Assembly (NCBI GenBank): GCA_008690995.1
Contig: VRMN01000001.1
Location: 682,001 to 746,000 of the forward strand
Direction of reading: 5' to 3'
Source of the DNA: Porphyridium purpureum
Lineage: Eukaryota
Length of the DNA: 64,000 nt
Part shown: in pieces, positions 53,811 through 64,000 of the stretch
How positions within the stretch are numbered: position 1 is the stretch's first letter
Layout: the number at the start of each line of letters is the position of its first letter
Translations under genes and position numbers: made by a program
The notes under the pieces: model-generated
What the model was told of the DNA's origin: nothing
Databases searched by the model: none
What the model saw: only the letters and a program-made list of their open reading frames with translations

Positions 53811-56276
53811 ATGGCGCACAGACCGAAAGACAATGCCTCTTCATTCCCGCCCGCGCAAGGCGGCGTGTCCGAGGATAGCGTGATTGCGGGGCCGGTGCGA
53901 GGCGTCATGTCCATGGATCACCGCGAGTCGGGGCGCGCCACAAGCAAGGCTGACTCCGAGACAAGCAAGCAGGAGCAATATACAGCGCATTACTCGCAAC
54001 CTCATTCCCACCTTATGCAGCAGCAAGAAAAGCAACAAGGACAGCAAAGCGTAGAGCAGCAGCAACGGCCGTGGGATCTAAATTTGTCCAGAAGCCTCAG
54101 ACAGATGTTTCTCAGCGACAAGGCGTCTGGTATGTCCCAACGGTCGTCCGCAGATGCGCCAGGGACACGTTCAAATTCATTAGATGCACCAGGTGCAAAA
54201 AAGCAGACTACGGCTGCTCATGAGGCGTCGGGCGACGCGGACTACGAGAGGGCCAAGTCGCCCAGCAGCTTGTCCGGGAACACGACCCTTCGCGACGCCG
54301 TAGACGATATTTCTTCGCCATCCGGCTCAGGAACAAGAAGATTGAGGCGGTGGAGTACGTTCAGCTCGCGAATGAGAGGCTCCTGGGATGGCATCGAGGA
54401 CTATGAGCGCGAACGATCTTCGTTTAGTTCACGTAGGACCGGCTCGGGAAAAGATCCCAAGCTGGGCCGCACGCGGCGCAGCTCAACGTCAAGATTTCAG
54501 TCGCTGCGTCGTATGGCAGGCATGTCGCAGCCCCGGTCTACCGTCGTCACGAATGGCAAACATTTCGTGTTCGAGTCCGGCCTAGATCTTGATCCACTGC
54601 TCCTTCTGTCCAAGATGCCTGCCGAACTCAGCGGCGAGGTCCTCTTGCGACGAACTACGCCTGTCTCGAGCTCATGGGTCCCTTATTGGGCCGAGCTTCG
54701 CGGTCATATGCTGATTTTGTTCCACAGCTCGAAAGTGTCTGATTCTTTGGCTTCAGGCTCGCATCGAGCGGTGCCGTCTTCTGCGTCCTCCTTGGAACTG
54801 CCCATAGTGGGTATTTGTTCTCTGATTGGCACACATATTTCAACAAAACTCGAAAGGACGAGCCTCAGCTCGCGCAGTTTGCCCAGAGAGCGATTTATTC
54901 GTATTTCGAGACCACATTTTGGCTCGTCCATGGTCAGCTTGGGGGCAGGATCGGCATCGCACATTGACTTGCGTTGTCGCGAGCGGCAATTCACGGATGA
55001 GTGGGAATTTGCAATTGCAGAAAAGGCTTCCATGCGCCTGGTGAATGTGAACACGTTTCAAGTCGTGTCAGCGGTCGCCAGTGGAGCGAGTGGAAAAGTA
55101 TTTATTGTGCGTGACAGAATGACCGGCGAATACCTGGCAATGAAGGTGATGTCTAAGGATCGCATATTCAACAGCAAAGGTGAGTATCGCGCGTACTGTG
55201 ACGAGCGTCTGCTTTTACAGCTGTGCAGGGATTGCCCCTTCGTCATCAAACTCCGGTACGCTTTCCAAACAGAACGAAAGATATACCTGGTCACCGAATT
55301 TTGCGAGGGTGGCGATTTGCACTTTTTCCTCCGCTCGAAGAGTATAGACAAGGCGACACTGAGTGAGCCTCAAGTCAGACGACTAGCCGCAGAAATTATT
55401 GAGGCGCTAGCTTATGTGCATGGAAAGGGCGCCGTATACAGAGATCTCAAGCTCGAAAATGTGCTGCTCGACGCAAATGGCCACGTGCAATTAGCGGATT
55501 TCGGGCTCGCGAAATTGCTGGATGAAAACGCCGGTCAAGGTCGCACTCGATCCATCTGCGGAACGCTGGAGTACTGCGCCCCCGAGATGCTTGCGCTCCA
55601 AAGCGAAGATGGTGTCGATACGGGCGCACAGCCCTACGGAATTTCGGTGGACTTTTGGTCGCTTGGTGTGCTTCTGTACCGTCTCGTTCGAGGCACTTTG
55701 CCCTACGATGGCAGCACCACCCGCGAAATGCAGAGTGCAATTCTGGAAACGCCACTGAAATTTTCCAAGAAAATGTCGCCAGAGCTTATTAATCTGATCC
55801 AGCAGCTGCTTGATCGAAACCCAGCTACAAGGCTCGGCTGTGGTCGTGGTAGAAGCCATGCCTCGGCTGCAGAATCGGCTACATCTGCAATGGCATTGAG
55901 TCGGATGTCAGATCTTCGAGAACATCCGTTCTTTGCGTCGTGCGACTGGGTTGGCGTGCGCGCCAAGGAGGACCATCCAGAGGGCGTGTCAGTGTTCCAT
56001 GACCAAGAGCATAGCAAGCGTCTCAGGCCACGACTGCGCCGCGAGAGTCGCGAGCAGCGCGTGAGCCGTGAATACATCGAGTTGCAGAATGAGCTCCCCA
56101 ACTTTGCACTCAGCGAGGCAGCTCACCTCAAACTCGAGCCGGACCACGAGAACGTGGAGTACTCAGACACGTCAATATGGCCATTCATATTTGCGGATAA
56201 GGACACGATTCGTGATTATATGGTCTTGGGGAACTACTTTTGCGCTGCCCGTGTCGTCACAACTTGCCTACTATGA
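53811..56276 (+). CDS. AGC-family Ser/Thr kinase with PH-like domain
   Basis: SWVPYWAELRG (PH); SGASGKV, LAMK, YAFQT, YRDLKLEN, DFG, CGTLEYCAPE, DFWSLG. Confidence 0.92.
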   Translation: MAHRPKDNASSFPPAQGGVSEDSVIAGPVRGVMSMDHRESGRATSKADSETSKQEQYTAHYSQPHSHLMQQQEKQQGQQSVEQQQRPWDLNLSRSLRQMFLSDKASGMSQRSSADAPGTRSNSLDAPGAKKQTTAAHEASGDADYERAKSPSSLSGNTTLRDAVDDISSPSGSGTRRLRRWSTFSSRMRGSWDGIEDYERERSSFSSRRTGSGKDPKLGRTRRSSTSRFQSLRRMAGMSQPRSTVVTNGKHFVFESGLDLDPLLLLSKMPAELSGEVLLRRTTPVSSSWVPYWAELRGHMLILFHSSKVSDSLASGSHRAVPSSASSLELPIVGICSLIGTHISTKLERTSLSSRSLPRERFIRISRPHFGSSMVSLGAGSASHIDLRCRERQFTDEWEFAIAEKASMRLVNVNTFQVVSAVASGASGKVFIVRDRMTGEYLAMKVMSKDRIFNSKGEYRAYCDERLLLQLCRDCPFVIKLRYAFQTERKIYLVTEFCEGGDLHFFLRSKSIDKATLSEPQVRRLAAEIIEALAYVHGKGAVYRDLKLENVLLDANGHVQLADFGLAKLLDENAGQGRTRSICGTLEYCAPEMLALQSEDGVDTGAQPYGISVDFWSLGVLLYRLVRGTLPYDGSTTREMQSAILETPLKFSKKMSPELINLIQQLLDRNPATRLGCGRGRSHASAAESATSAMALSRMSDLREHPFFASCDWVGVRAKEDHPEGVSVFHDQEHSKRLRPRLRRESREQRVSREYIELQNELPNFALSEAAHLKLEPDHENVEYSDTSIWPFIFADKDTIRDYMVLGNYFCAARVVTTCLL

Positions 56277-56623
56277 AAAGTGGAACGGCCCGGTCCACCG
56301 GCCTCAGAATTTTCCGGCGCAGCTGCATGTCAGCGAAAAGGTCTGCGAGACGAAAGTGGAAGTTGGACGCGGTGCGTGTGAAATTTCCGGCATCTACAGC
56401 TAGGAGTTTGCTGTTCTCAGAAGCATGGGTGGAGTCTTTTCTTGTGCTAAATTGAAGGAGAGGAAAACAAAAAAAAGTATCCACCGTACACGGGCCACAT
56501 CTAGGAAGGGGCAGTTTGTAAATCATATTCCGGGGGGGCAAGCTTGGCGCAATAAATGAGAGATTGGATCGCATTCTATTTAGCTACACGCCTCAACCAT
56601 TACCCACGGTCCTTCGCATTTGC

Positions 56624-59542
56624 CTAGAAAGTCGCCACCGGATACGGCTCTCCACGCCCATGCTTGACATTCATTTTCTTCACACGGGCCAAGAACTCGG
56701 ATTGCTTCAAGATCTCGTCTAGGTCGAGATGCACACGAAAGCGCCAGTAGTGATTCGGATTCGCAGGGTTGTTCACTTGCTCTTCGCTCGCGATCTCACG
56801 CCGCAGATTCGCGTCTATTCCCAGGAGGTCCTGCAGGGGATGCACATTCCAGATCGATGGTGCAGCGAGCACGTGATCGAGCGCGCGCTCCACCACCGCA
56901 GTTGTGCAAGTCTCCGGCGCCTCCCCTTCCATTTTCAACATGGTTTGGTAGTACCGTTGTCGAGCGTCTGGCGCAAGGCTCTCGTACCAGCCCCGCAACG
57001 TAGACGTATCGTGCGAGCTCAGACTTGCTACCGATGCCCACGGGTACTTTGCTGGGTCGCCAAACTCGTCCGTGGTCTCCGGCATGCGCTGTACGCGCAG
57101 TCCAATGATTGAAGTGGCTTCCATTACTTCAGGGACACATGCGGGGATAAAGCCGAGGTCCTCACCACAGACCAGCATGTTTGAGCTCTGCTTCATCATG
57201 GGCAGCTTCTCCATCGCCTTTTCTCGCCAAAGATCATCTTGACGATGGAAAAAGTAATCATCGTACAGTTCCATGAACGCGCGCTTCCACTCGTCCGACA
57301 GTTCCTGGAAAGATGACGTCTTTTGCATCATGTAGCGAGGGTGGTATACATCTGGATCTTCGACATCTTGAAGCAGTAGCACGTTCGAGTGCAGCTTGAG
57401 CAATGATTCCTTCAAAGATTCCAAGAACTGCTTGTCTTCTGAATCCAAGTTCAAACCGGAAATTGCGCTGCCTACTGCCCCGGCCGCGGCTGAACCCGTC
57501 GCGGGTGTCAGCGCATCCACGGTCTGCCTTTCGGTCTTGTACTCATCCTTGAACTTTAGACGACCGCCCCATGAAGGCTCGAAAAAGCGCTCTTTGATCT
57601 GACCCCAGTAGTTTCCGAACATTTGCTGCAGCAGTCCGTCGTGCACGTAGGGGCTCAAAAAGCGGTCCATGTCCCACAATCCTTTCATGTCGAGCTCCAT
57701 TTTTTTCAGCGGGATCGCTGGTTTGTAGCGGCCACATGCGCCGGACACATACCCTTGCGGCATGCCCCAGATGCGGAAGAATCCGAGGATGTGGTCGATG
57801 CGATATGCATGGAAGAACTTGGACATGCTACCAAGTCGACTTCGCCACCACGCGTAGTCGTCTGACGACATGACCTCCCAGTTATAAGTTGGGAAGCCCC
57901 AATTTTGTCCAAACTCAGCAAAGTAATCGGCGGGCGCACCTGCTTGCATGTCAAGATGGAAAAGATGCGGGTTCACCCACGTATCTGTACAGTACCGATT
58001 CACGCCGATCGGAAGGTCACCTTTAAAAATCACAGAGCGCAAGGCCGCGTATTCGGCAGCCTCCTTCAGCTGCTTGTGCAGATGAAACTGGGTGTAGTAT
58101 GCGACACCAAGATAGTCAAAATGGAACGTGTCCGGTGAGGCAAGCTCCTCGAGCTCCGCAAGCGTGACATGTGCGCGGGCCCCCCACAGATCAAATTTTG
58201 AGCTGCCGTTCAATTCGGTGAACATACGGAACAACGCATAAGGCACAAGCCAGTCCTGATTCGACTTGAAAAAGTCCAGGAATTCGCGGAGTTTGAGAAA
58301 TTCGCCCTTTTGCAGGGCATACATTTTGCTGATGAGCGCGGTCTTTGCCTTCATCATTTTCTCATAATCAATTTCCTTCAGCGCATTTAGCTCGCTCTTT
58401 GCCGCCTCCAGCTCAGACTGAATGAAGCTCGGCAGCGGCCCCAGTGCGTCAATGTTCAAATATTGTGGATGCAACGCGAAACATGAATTTGCAGAGTACG
58501 GGTATGAATCCCTCCATGAATTATACACAGTCGTGTCATTCACGGGCAGCAGTTGAAGCATTTGAAATCCGCCCGCCAAACAGACGTCCACCATTTTCTT
58601 GAGATCCAGGAACTCACCCACGCCGCACGAAGATGCCGTTCGAAGCGAAAAGACAGGAATCGCAATCCCAGATCCACGCCACGGCGTAGTGAAGTGAAAG
58701 CTCTCCTCTTGGCCGGTAAACAGTATCACAGCACGGGAGCGAGCCTCGTTGATCAAGCTGGAGTCACTTTCATTCATCTCAATCGAACGATAGTCTTCCG
58801 GCTCCGCGGCGCGCACGTCGCTCTCCTCCGTGGAGCCTTTCTTGCGAATCAGGAAACGATACTTGACTGCGTGATCGTCTGCACCCATTGGAACACACAT
58901 GGACCACCCTGGAAAATGCGTGTCCGCAAGGGGCACCGCCTTGGCCAGGTCATTCTGGCCCAGGAATTCCGTCGATCCACTGACACAAACCTCATCGTCA
59001 GGCATGACGCGGGCACAAAACACCGAAAATCTGGCGACATACGCGCCCTTACCCAGAACCAGCGCCTTGGTGATCGCCGTGGACTCCTGCGCTTCCAACA
59101 TTTTCTGCGCCATCCGTGTACCGATCTCGCGCCTGAACACGACGTCTGCAAATGCGGCGGTGCTGAAGATTTCCTTGTCAGCATCTGGCTTATTTCTGAA
59201 GACGTCCTTGAGCAGGAGATCTCCCTCGAGCGAGCCAAAGTTGGCCTTGATCACTCGCGGCGAGCCGGCCTCCCACTTGTACGTCTTGGAGCTCTCCTCG
59301 AAGAGCACGTACTTGTACTCTAGTGGCTCGTCGAGCTCCTCTGTGGCGTCATAGTCTGGATACTTGATCTTCAAGTCAGCAGTCCACACGCCCGGGTGCT
59401 CGTAGCGCAGCGGCAGCGCGCGCTCGGGCTGGAACTCGCCCAGCTCTGGCGCGCTGCCGGACAGCAGGATGATCTGTCCATACACAGAGTTGAACTCGAC
59501 GCTGAAGCGGACATGCACCTCGCCTCCGCGCCCCTCTGCCAT
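56624..59542 (-). CDS. DPE2: Cytosolic 4-alpha-glucanotransferase DPE2 (2x CBM20 plus GH77)
   Basis: GIAIPVFSLR, QLLPVND, DSYPY, KGDLPIGV, GQNWGFPTYNW, RIDHILGFFRIW, GEDLG, SSHDTSTLRGW. Confidence 0.97.
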   Translation of the reverse strand: MAEGRGGEVHVRFSVEFNSVYGQIILLSGSAPELGEFQPERALPLRYEHPGVWTADLKIKYPDYDATEELDEPLEYKYVLFEESSKTYKWEAGSPRVIKANFGSLEGDLLLKDVFRNKPDADKEIFSTAAFADVVFRREIGTRMAQKMLEAQESTAITKALVLGKGAYVARFSVFCARVMPDDEVCVSGSTEFLGQNDLAKAVPLADTHFPGWSMCVPMGADDHAVKYRFLIRKKGSTEESDVRAAEPEDYRSIEMNESDSSLINEARSRAVILFTGQEESFHFTTPWRGSGIAIPVFSLRTASSCGVGEFLDLKKMVDVCLAGGFQMLQLLPVNDTTVYNSWRDSYPYSANSCFALHPQYLNIDALGPLPSFIQSELEAAKSELNALKEIDYEKMMKAKTALISKMYALQKGEFLKLREFLDFFKSNQDWLVPYALFRMFTELNGSSKFDLWGARAHVTLAELEELASPDTFHFDYLGVAYYTQFHLHKQLKEAAEYAALRSVIFKGDLPIGVNRYCTDTWVNPHLFHLDMQAGAPADYFAEFGQNWGFPTYNWEVMSSDDYAWWRSRLGSMSKFFHAYRIDHILGFFRIWGMPQGYVSGACGRYKPAIPLKKMELDMKGLWDMDRFLSPYVHDGLLQQMFGNYWGQIKERFFEPSWGGRLKFKDEYKTERQTVDALTPATGSAAAGAVGSAISGLNLDSEDKQFLESLKESLLKLHSNVLLLQDVEDPDVYHPRYMMQKTSSFQELSDEWKRAFMELYDDYFFHRQDDLWREKAMEKLPMMKQSSNMLVCGEDLGFIPACVPEVMEATSIIGLRVQRMPETTDEFGDPAKYPWASVASLSSHDTSTLRGWYESLAPDARQRYYQTMLKMEGEAPETCTTAVVERALDHVLAAPSIWNVHPLQDLLGIDANLRREIASEEQVNNPANPNHYWRFRVHLDLDEILKQSEFLARVKKMNVKHGRGEPYPVATF

Positions 59543-59770
59543 CCCGCCCACGTTCTTCGCGATCCTCTACGGCGTGCCACCCACCGGCCCCCCATCCACT
59601 CCTTCGCCCTCACTCCCGTCCCACCCTCTCTCACCACAGCAGCAGATTTCTAATCGCGCCGCGTTTGCTATCAAGTTGCGTGCGTTTTCTTATGAAAAAA
59701 AGTCCGTTGACGCTGAGCGCGTACGCTGTACACTTTCGTTAATCTTATTGGAATCCGCGAGTGGCCAAAG

Positions 59771-61690
59771 TTAGTGCTGGGTGGCGCGGCTGCTCGGACG
59801 CACGCAGCGGCCGGCCTTGCGCCGCACGTGCTTGACCAGGTTGGACCGCTCCGAGAAGCGCCGGTCGCACGTCTCGCATTGGAAGTCCCTGCGCCGCTCG
59901 TGAACCGTCTTGATGTGCGACATCAGGTGCGGCGACTGCGAGAACGCCTTGCCGCACAGCTTGCACGCAAACGGCTTCTCGCCCTCGTGCACGGTGCGCA
60001 CGTGTCTCTGCAGCTCTGTGCGCCGCGAGAAGTGCTTCCCGCACAGCTCACATTCGGACGCTCCCGGTGCCGCCCCGGACGCGCTACCCATCCCGCCTGC
60101 ATGTCCCTGCGACTCGTTCGAGACTCCACCGATTGAAGCATTGACCGACCCAGGACCCCAAGACGGAATTGAACTCAAGGCATACTCCGGCACTGGCCCA
60201 AGCACTGGTCTTCCGATACTGCTTTCCACGTTCCGCTTCCACTTTGGTACAGTCGCAGTGAACGAGACGGCCCCTGCCGGCCCTTGTGATTGCCAAATGG
60301 GGTCTAATCTGTGCCCTGCACCACTGCATGTCTCGAGAAAAGCGTGCGGCACTTCAAAATACTTGCGGCAACTTCCGATCTTGTTTACCGCTTCCCGCTT
60401 GTCCATTTCCTCGATCTGTTGATCCGCCTCCAGGCCGAGACGCAGGCTGCGCCTTGGTGATGAAACTGCGCTAATCTTGTCCATGTACATTGCGAGCAGT
60501 TTGCTCATGTGAATATAATTACGGCCCAGAAGAGAAACCACTGCGGAAGGCCCGGCGAGTGACAGCAACTCATCACCCGCCACACTTCTCACCGACAATT
60601 TAAAGGAAGGCCAGTTCATCTTCATGATGTGCTTTCGTGCGGCAGTTATAAAGTTCGAATACGCATCCCAACATATTGGCTCCGCCAGTTGCACGTCCGT
60701 GAATGTGCCTGCAGCGCGTACTTGAAGGGCTTCCTCATCTAGCACAAGATGGCTCTCCACAAGGTCGCGCGTACTTGACAGCGATGGTGACCTTGCCCCC
60801 GCCGCCATTCCATCAACCTGTGATTGAGAACTTGAGGATGAAGCGCGGCCATCATCCTCGGCCGAGACCTGCACTGGTAAAAAGGTTGATTCGATGGACG
60901 CGTGTAAATCAAACGTGACACTCCCATTCTCGTAGCGCAAATTATAGAATTGGTCCAAGCTCTCTTTGCCGGACGCTAGGATACGGCCAAGCATGCTGAT
61001 GGGCACGCCTTCGGAATCCTGACCCTGGCAAACGTACCCGTACCCATTGCGCATTCGAAAGCCCACGAAGCGGTGCGCTGGCCACGGCGTGACGCCCGAC
61101 TTGAGCGGGAAGAAGACTTTTGTGGACAGAAAAATACCCATCACGAACCTGCCGACCTGTCCTTGTGGCACATGTGCAGCGGCGAGATCGGGCCGAAACG
61201 AAGTACCCAGGTCTGCGTCCGTCACCATGGACGCGTCAAGCTCGAACTGTGTCGGCACATGCGCCATGCGCGAATCGAAACCATCGTGGTCATGACAGAG
61301 CGCGCGCGCTCGACCAAACATTCGCTTGGCGAGCTCCTCGCCCGCGCCATCGCCGAAGAGCCACTCATACACGAGCTCGCTCTCTGCAATTTTCAGCAAG
61401 CGCTCGGCTGTCCTCAACGTCGCCGAGGCCATCTCGACGGCATTGGCGCAACGCACCGTCCCACCGGTGTCCACACCACTCCCGCGCGGCGCAGCCACTT
61501 TGACAACGGCGCGCACAAGCGTGACACGCTTCCCACTCAGTTCGTGCTTTCTTTTTCGCAGACGATAGCTCCCCCCTTCTACGCGCGCATTCGTCGCGTT
61601 CGGCAATGAACCATGACCCGGCAACGTGACCACGACGTATGCGACTGAGTGTTCTTGACCGAGTGGGAGCTGGAGCAATTCCTTCCTCAA
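59771..61690 (-). CDS. C2H2 zinc-finger transcription factor (3 C-terminal fingers); 5' end unresolved
   Basis: CELC..H....H-EGEKPF-ACKLC..H....H-..CETC..H. The ORF has no early ATG, so an upstream exon is likely. Confidence 0.85.
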   Translation of the reverse strand: MRKELLQLPLGQEHSVAYVVVTLPGHGSLPNATNARVEGGSYRLRKRKHELSGKRVTLVRAVVKVAAPRGSGVDTGGTVRCANAVEMASATLRTAERLLKIAESELVYEWLFGDGAGEELAKRMFGRARALCHDHDGFDSRMAHVPTQFELDASMVTDADLGTSFRPDLAAAHVPQGQVGRFVMGIFLSTKVFFPLKSGVTPWPAHRFVGFRMRNGYGYVCQGQDSEGVPISMLGRILASGKESLDQFYNLRYENGSVTFDLHASIESTFLPVQVSAEDDGRASSSSSQSQVDGMAAGARSPSLSSTRDLVESHLVLDEEALQVRAAGTFTDVQLAEPICWDAYSNFITAARKHIMKMNWPSFKLSVRSVAGDELLSLAGPSAVVSLLGRNYIHMSKLLAMYMDKISAVSSPRRSLRLGLEADQQIEEMDKREAVNKIGSCRKYFEVPHAFLETCSGAGHRLDPIWQSQGPAGAVSFTATVPKWKRNVESSIGRPVLGPVPEYALSSIPSWGPGSVNASIGGVSNESQGHAGGMGSASGAAPGASECELCGKHFSRRTELQRHVRTVHEGEKPFACKLCGKAFSQSPHLMSHIKTVHERRRDFQCETCDRRFSERSNLVKHVRRKAGRCVRPSSRATQH

Positions 61691-62256
61691 CCTAATTTCA
61701 ATAGAAGCGAACCGCGTTCCGTGCGTTAATCACTGTACACACAGGCAAACATACAAAAACGCACAAAATTCATTAGTAAGCGTGGTCCGAGGTACAGCGC
61801 TGTAAAGCGTAGCTCAAATCACGTATCAAAGTGACTCGAAATTATGAGACGGATTCACAGCGGCGCAGCGTTGGGAGGAACAGGCGCAGTGTAAGTGAAC
61901 CTGCGAAAGGGTGCGTGTACAGTGTACATGTCAAGGTGTACAGCGCACGCAGGGAGCGGTTGGTGCATGAGCGGTTGAAATGAACGGACCGATAAACCGA
62001 ACTGCACGGTTGCTCGCCGTGGACGAGCGATGGAGCTCGGAAAGAAGGTTGAAAGTTGGGCAGGGAGATTCAAGGGGTGGGTGGGAAGGGGAGAGACCAG
62101 GAGAGCGAGGAGACTGCCATTGCGGGTGGGAATCCTTGGCTTGCGGTGGTGTGTGTTTTTGATTTTGGGTTTATTTTCCGCGCTTCAGAATCTTGGGAGG
62201 AATCGGAGGGAATGGGGTTAGAAAGTCACGTGGGCGGCGTGAAGCCTGTCGCAGTC

Positions 62257-64000
62257 ATGGCGTTTCTGGTCGGCCATGCGCCGCGCATTGGCGTGCACCG
62301 CATCTCGCACACGCGCATCGGCGCGCAAAGAACGCACGCGCGCGGTTATGCTCATCAAAGGCGATGCTCGCTCAGAATGCAGCAGCAGGACGAATCTGAA
62401 TCGGATTCTGGCTTGAATGCGTCGGCAGGTCCGGCGCTGGCTTACGATCACATCAAGGTTGAGGCCCATTGGCAGCAATACTGGCAGCAGCATGGGACGT
62501 TTCGCACAGAGCCAATGGAAGCATTGGACATGTCCAAACCCAAATACTATGTTCTCGATATGTTTCCGTACCCTTCAGGCGCAGGTTTGCACGTCGGGCA
62601 CCCTGAAGGTTATACTGCCACCGATATTATGGCGCGGTACAAGCGCATGCAAGGGTTCAATGTAATGCATCCCATGGGATGGGACGCTTTCGGCCTTCCC
62701 GCCGAACAGTATGCTATCCAAACCGGGACGCACCCAGCGGTCACCACCAAGAAGAACATTGACCGCTTTCGCTCGCAATTGCAGGCGCTTGGCTTTAGCT
62801 ATGACTGGCAGCGCGAGCTCAGCACCACAGACGTGTCTTATTACAAATGGACGCAATGGATCTTCCTCCAGCTGTTCAAGCGCGGGCTTGCATACCAGGA
62901 TGACGTACCCGTCAATTGGTGTCCCGCCCTGGGTACGGTCCTTGCGAACGAAGAGGTCATTGACGGCAAGTCCGAGCGCGGCGGATACCCTGTGGAGCGC
63001 AGGCCAATGCGTCAATGGGTTTTGAAAATCACCGAATACGCCGACCGCCTGCTCGCGGATCTGGATGAGCTCGACTGGCCAGAGTCTATCAAGGACATGC
63101 AGCGAAACTGGATCGGGCGCTCTGAAGGCGCCGAAATTGTGTTTCCTGTCGCCAGCACGGGAGAGGAGAAATCTCAGTCGACGTCGACATCTATTACCGT
63201 TTTCACTACCCGCCCGGAGACCATCGCGGGCGTGTCCTATCTGAGTGTGGCGCCAGAATACGGCGAGCTCGAGCAGCTCGTAACGCCCGATCAGCGCGAA
63301 GCAGTAAACGCATACTGCGAGGCGGCGCGAAATCGCAGCGATCGTGAGCGTAACGAAGCATCGAACAAGACTGGCGTTTGGACAGGGAGCTATGCAGTCA
63401 ACCCCTTCACGAAAGCGCAAGTCCCGATTTGGGTTGCTGATTATGTCTTGGGTGGATACGGCACCGGAGCCGTCATGGCGGTGCCCGCGCATGATCAGCG
63501 TGACTGGGCCTTTGCCAACGCGTTTGATCTGCCCGTCATTCGGGTGATTACGGGTGGTGGAGACTTGAGTGAGGGGGCTTATACCGGGTACGAAGGCGAG
63601 CTAGTGAACTGGAATGGTGCCGCGGGCTTGAATCTGGATGGCACAGGCGTTGCGTCTGCCAAAGCACAAATTTTAGAGCATCTAGAGGCAAATGCTTCGC
63701 TGGGCACCAAGAAGGTCAACTATAAGCTGCGCGATTGGCTGTTCTCGCGCCAGCGGTATTGGGGCGAGCCTTTCCCGATTGTTTTTGTGGATGGCGAGGC
63801 ACGAGCTGTACCCGAAGACGAGTTGCCAGTGCAACTTCCGAACATGGACAATTTTGAGCCGGCAGGCACGGGCGAATCGCCGCTCGCAAAGGCGACCGAC
63901 TGGCTGAAAGCGCCGGGCGGCGGCACGCGAGAAACTAACACCATGCCACAGTGGGCCGGATCTTGCTGGTACTATCTGCGCTTTATTGACCCGGACAACG
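62257..64000 (+). CDS. leuS: Organellar (bacterial-type) leucyl-tRNA synthetase, truncated by window end
   Basis: MAFLVG transit peptide; [82 protein letters not shown]. Absent from the ORF track because no stop falls in the window. Confidence 0.97.
   Translation, partial: MAFLVGHAPRIGVHRISHTRIGAQRTHARGYAHQRRCSLRMQQQDESESDSGLNASAGPALAYDHIKVEAHWQQYWQQHGTFRTEPMEALDMSKPKYYVLDMFPYPSGAGLHVGHPEGYTATDIMARYKRMQGFNVMHPMGWDAFGLPAEQYAIQTGTHPAVTTKKNIDRFRSQLQALGFSYDWQRELSTTDVSYYKWTQWIFLQLFKRGLAYQDDVPVNWCPALGTVLANEEVIDGKSERGGYPVERRPMRQWVLKITEYADRLLADLDELDWPESIKDMQRNWIGRSEGAEIVFPVASTGEEKSQSTSTSITVFTTRPETIAGVSYLSVAPEYGELEQLVTPDQREAVNAYCEAARNRSDRERNEASNKTGVWTGSYAVNPFTKAQVPIWVADYVLGGYGTGAVMAVPAHDQRDWAFANAFDLPVIRVITGGGDLSEGAYTGYEGELVNWNGAAGLNLDGTGVASAKAQILEHLEANASLGTKKVNYKLRDWLFSRQRYWGEPFPIVFVDGEARAVPEDELPVQLPNMDNFEPAGTGESPLAKATDWLKAPGGGTRETNTMPQWAGSCWYYLRFIDPDN

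Overview
Eukaryotic, GC-rich, gene-dense and intron-poor nuclear DNA, most consistent with a unicellular red alga such as Porphyridium. This is an inference from PsbO, DPE2, 'MAF'-type plastid transit peptides and sparse short GT-AG introns. About 25 host genes are present, including proteasome beta1, UFSP2, prefoldin 1, TsaE, two kinases, Rab6, MgtE, mito-L33, RPS2, a POLLUX-like/PEC channel, PAC1, a GT77-like glycosyltransferase, an MDR oxidoreductase, IlvA, PsbO, Iojap, a DUF4079 protein, a KH protein, ACP6, DPE2, a C2H2 zinc finger and organellar LeuRS. Four things stand out. (1) An intact, very young LTR retrotransposon (42055-47815) looks chimeric: Ty3/gypsy-type Gag and protease with a -1 frameshift and pseudoknot, joined to Ty1/copia-type IN-RT-RNaseH. 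Its integrated ends retain two extra bases outside TG...CA (CG...AG) directly inside a 5-bp TSD. (2) A complete clostridial-type [FeFe]-hydrogenase with an organelle-like presequence. (3) An intact Tc1 (DD34E) transposon lies between these two. (4) A large three-exon gene has the architecture of the meiotic axis protein SYCP2/Red1. All family calls come from motif recognition by eye; no database search was run.
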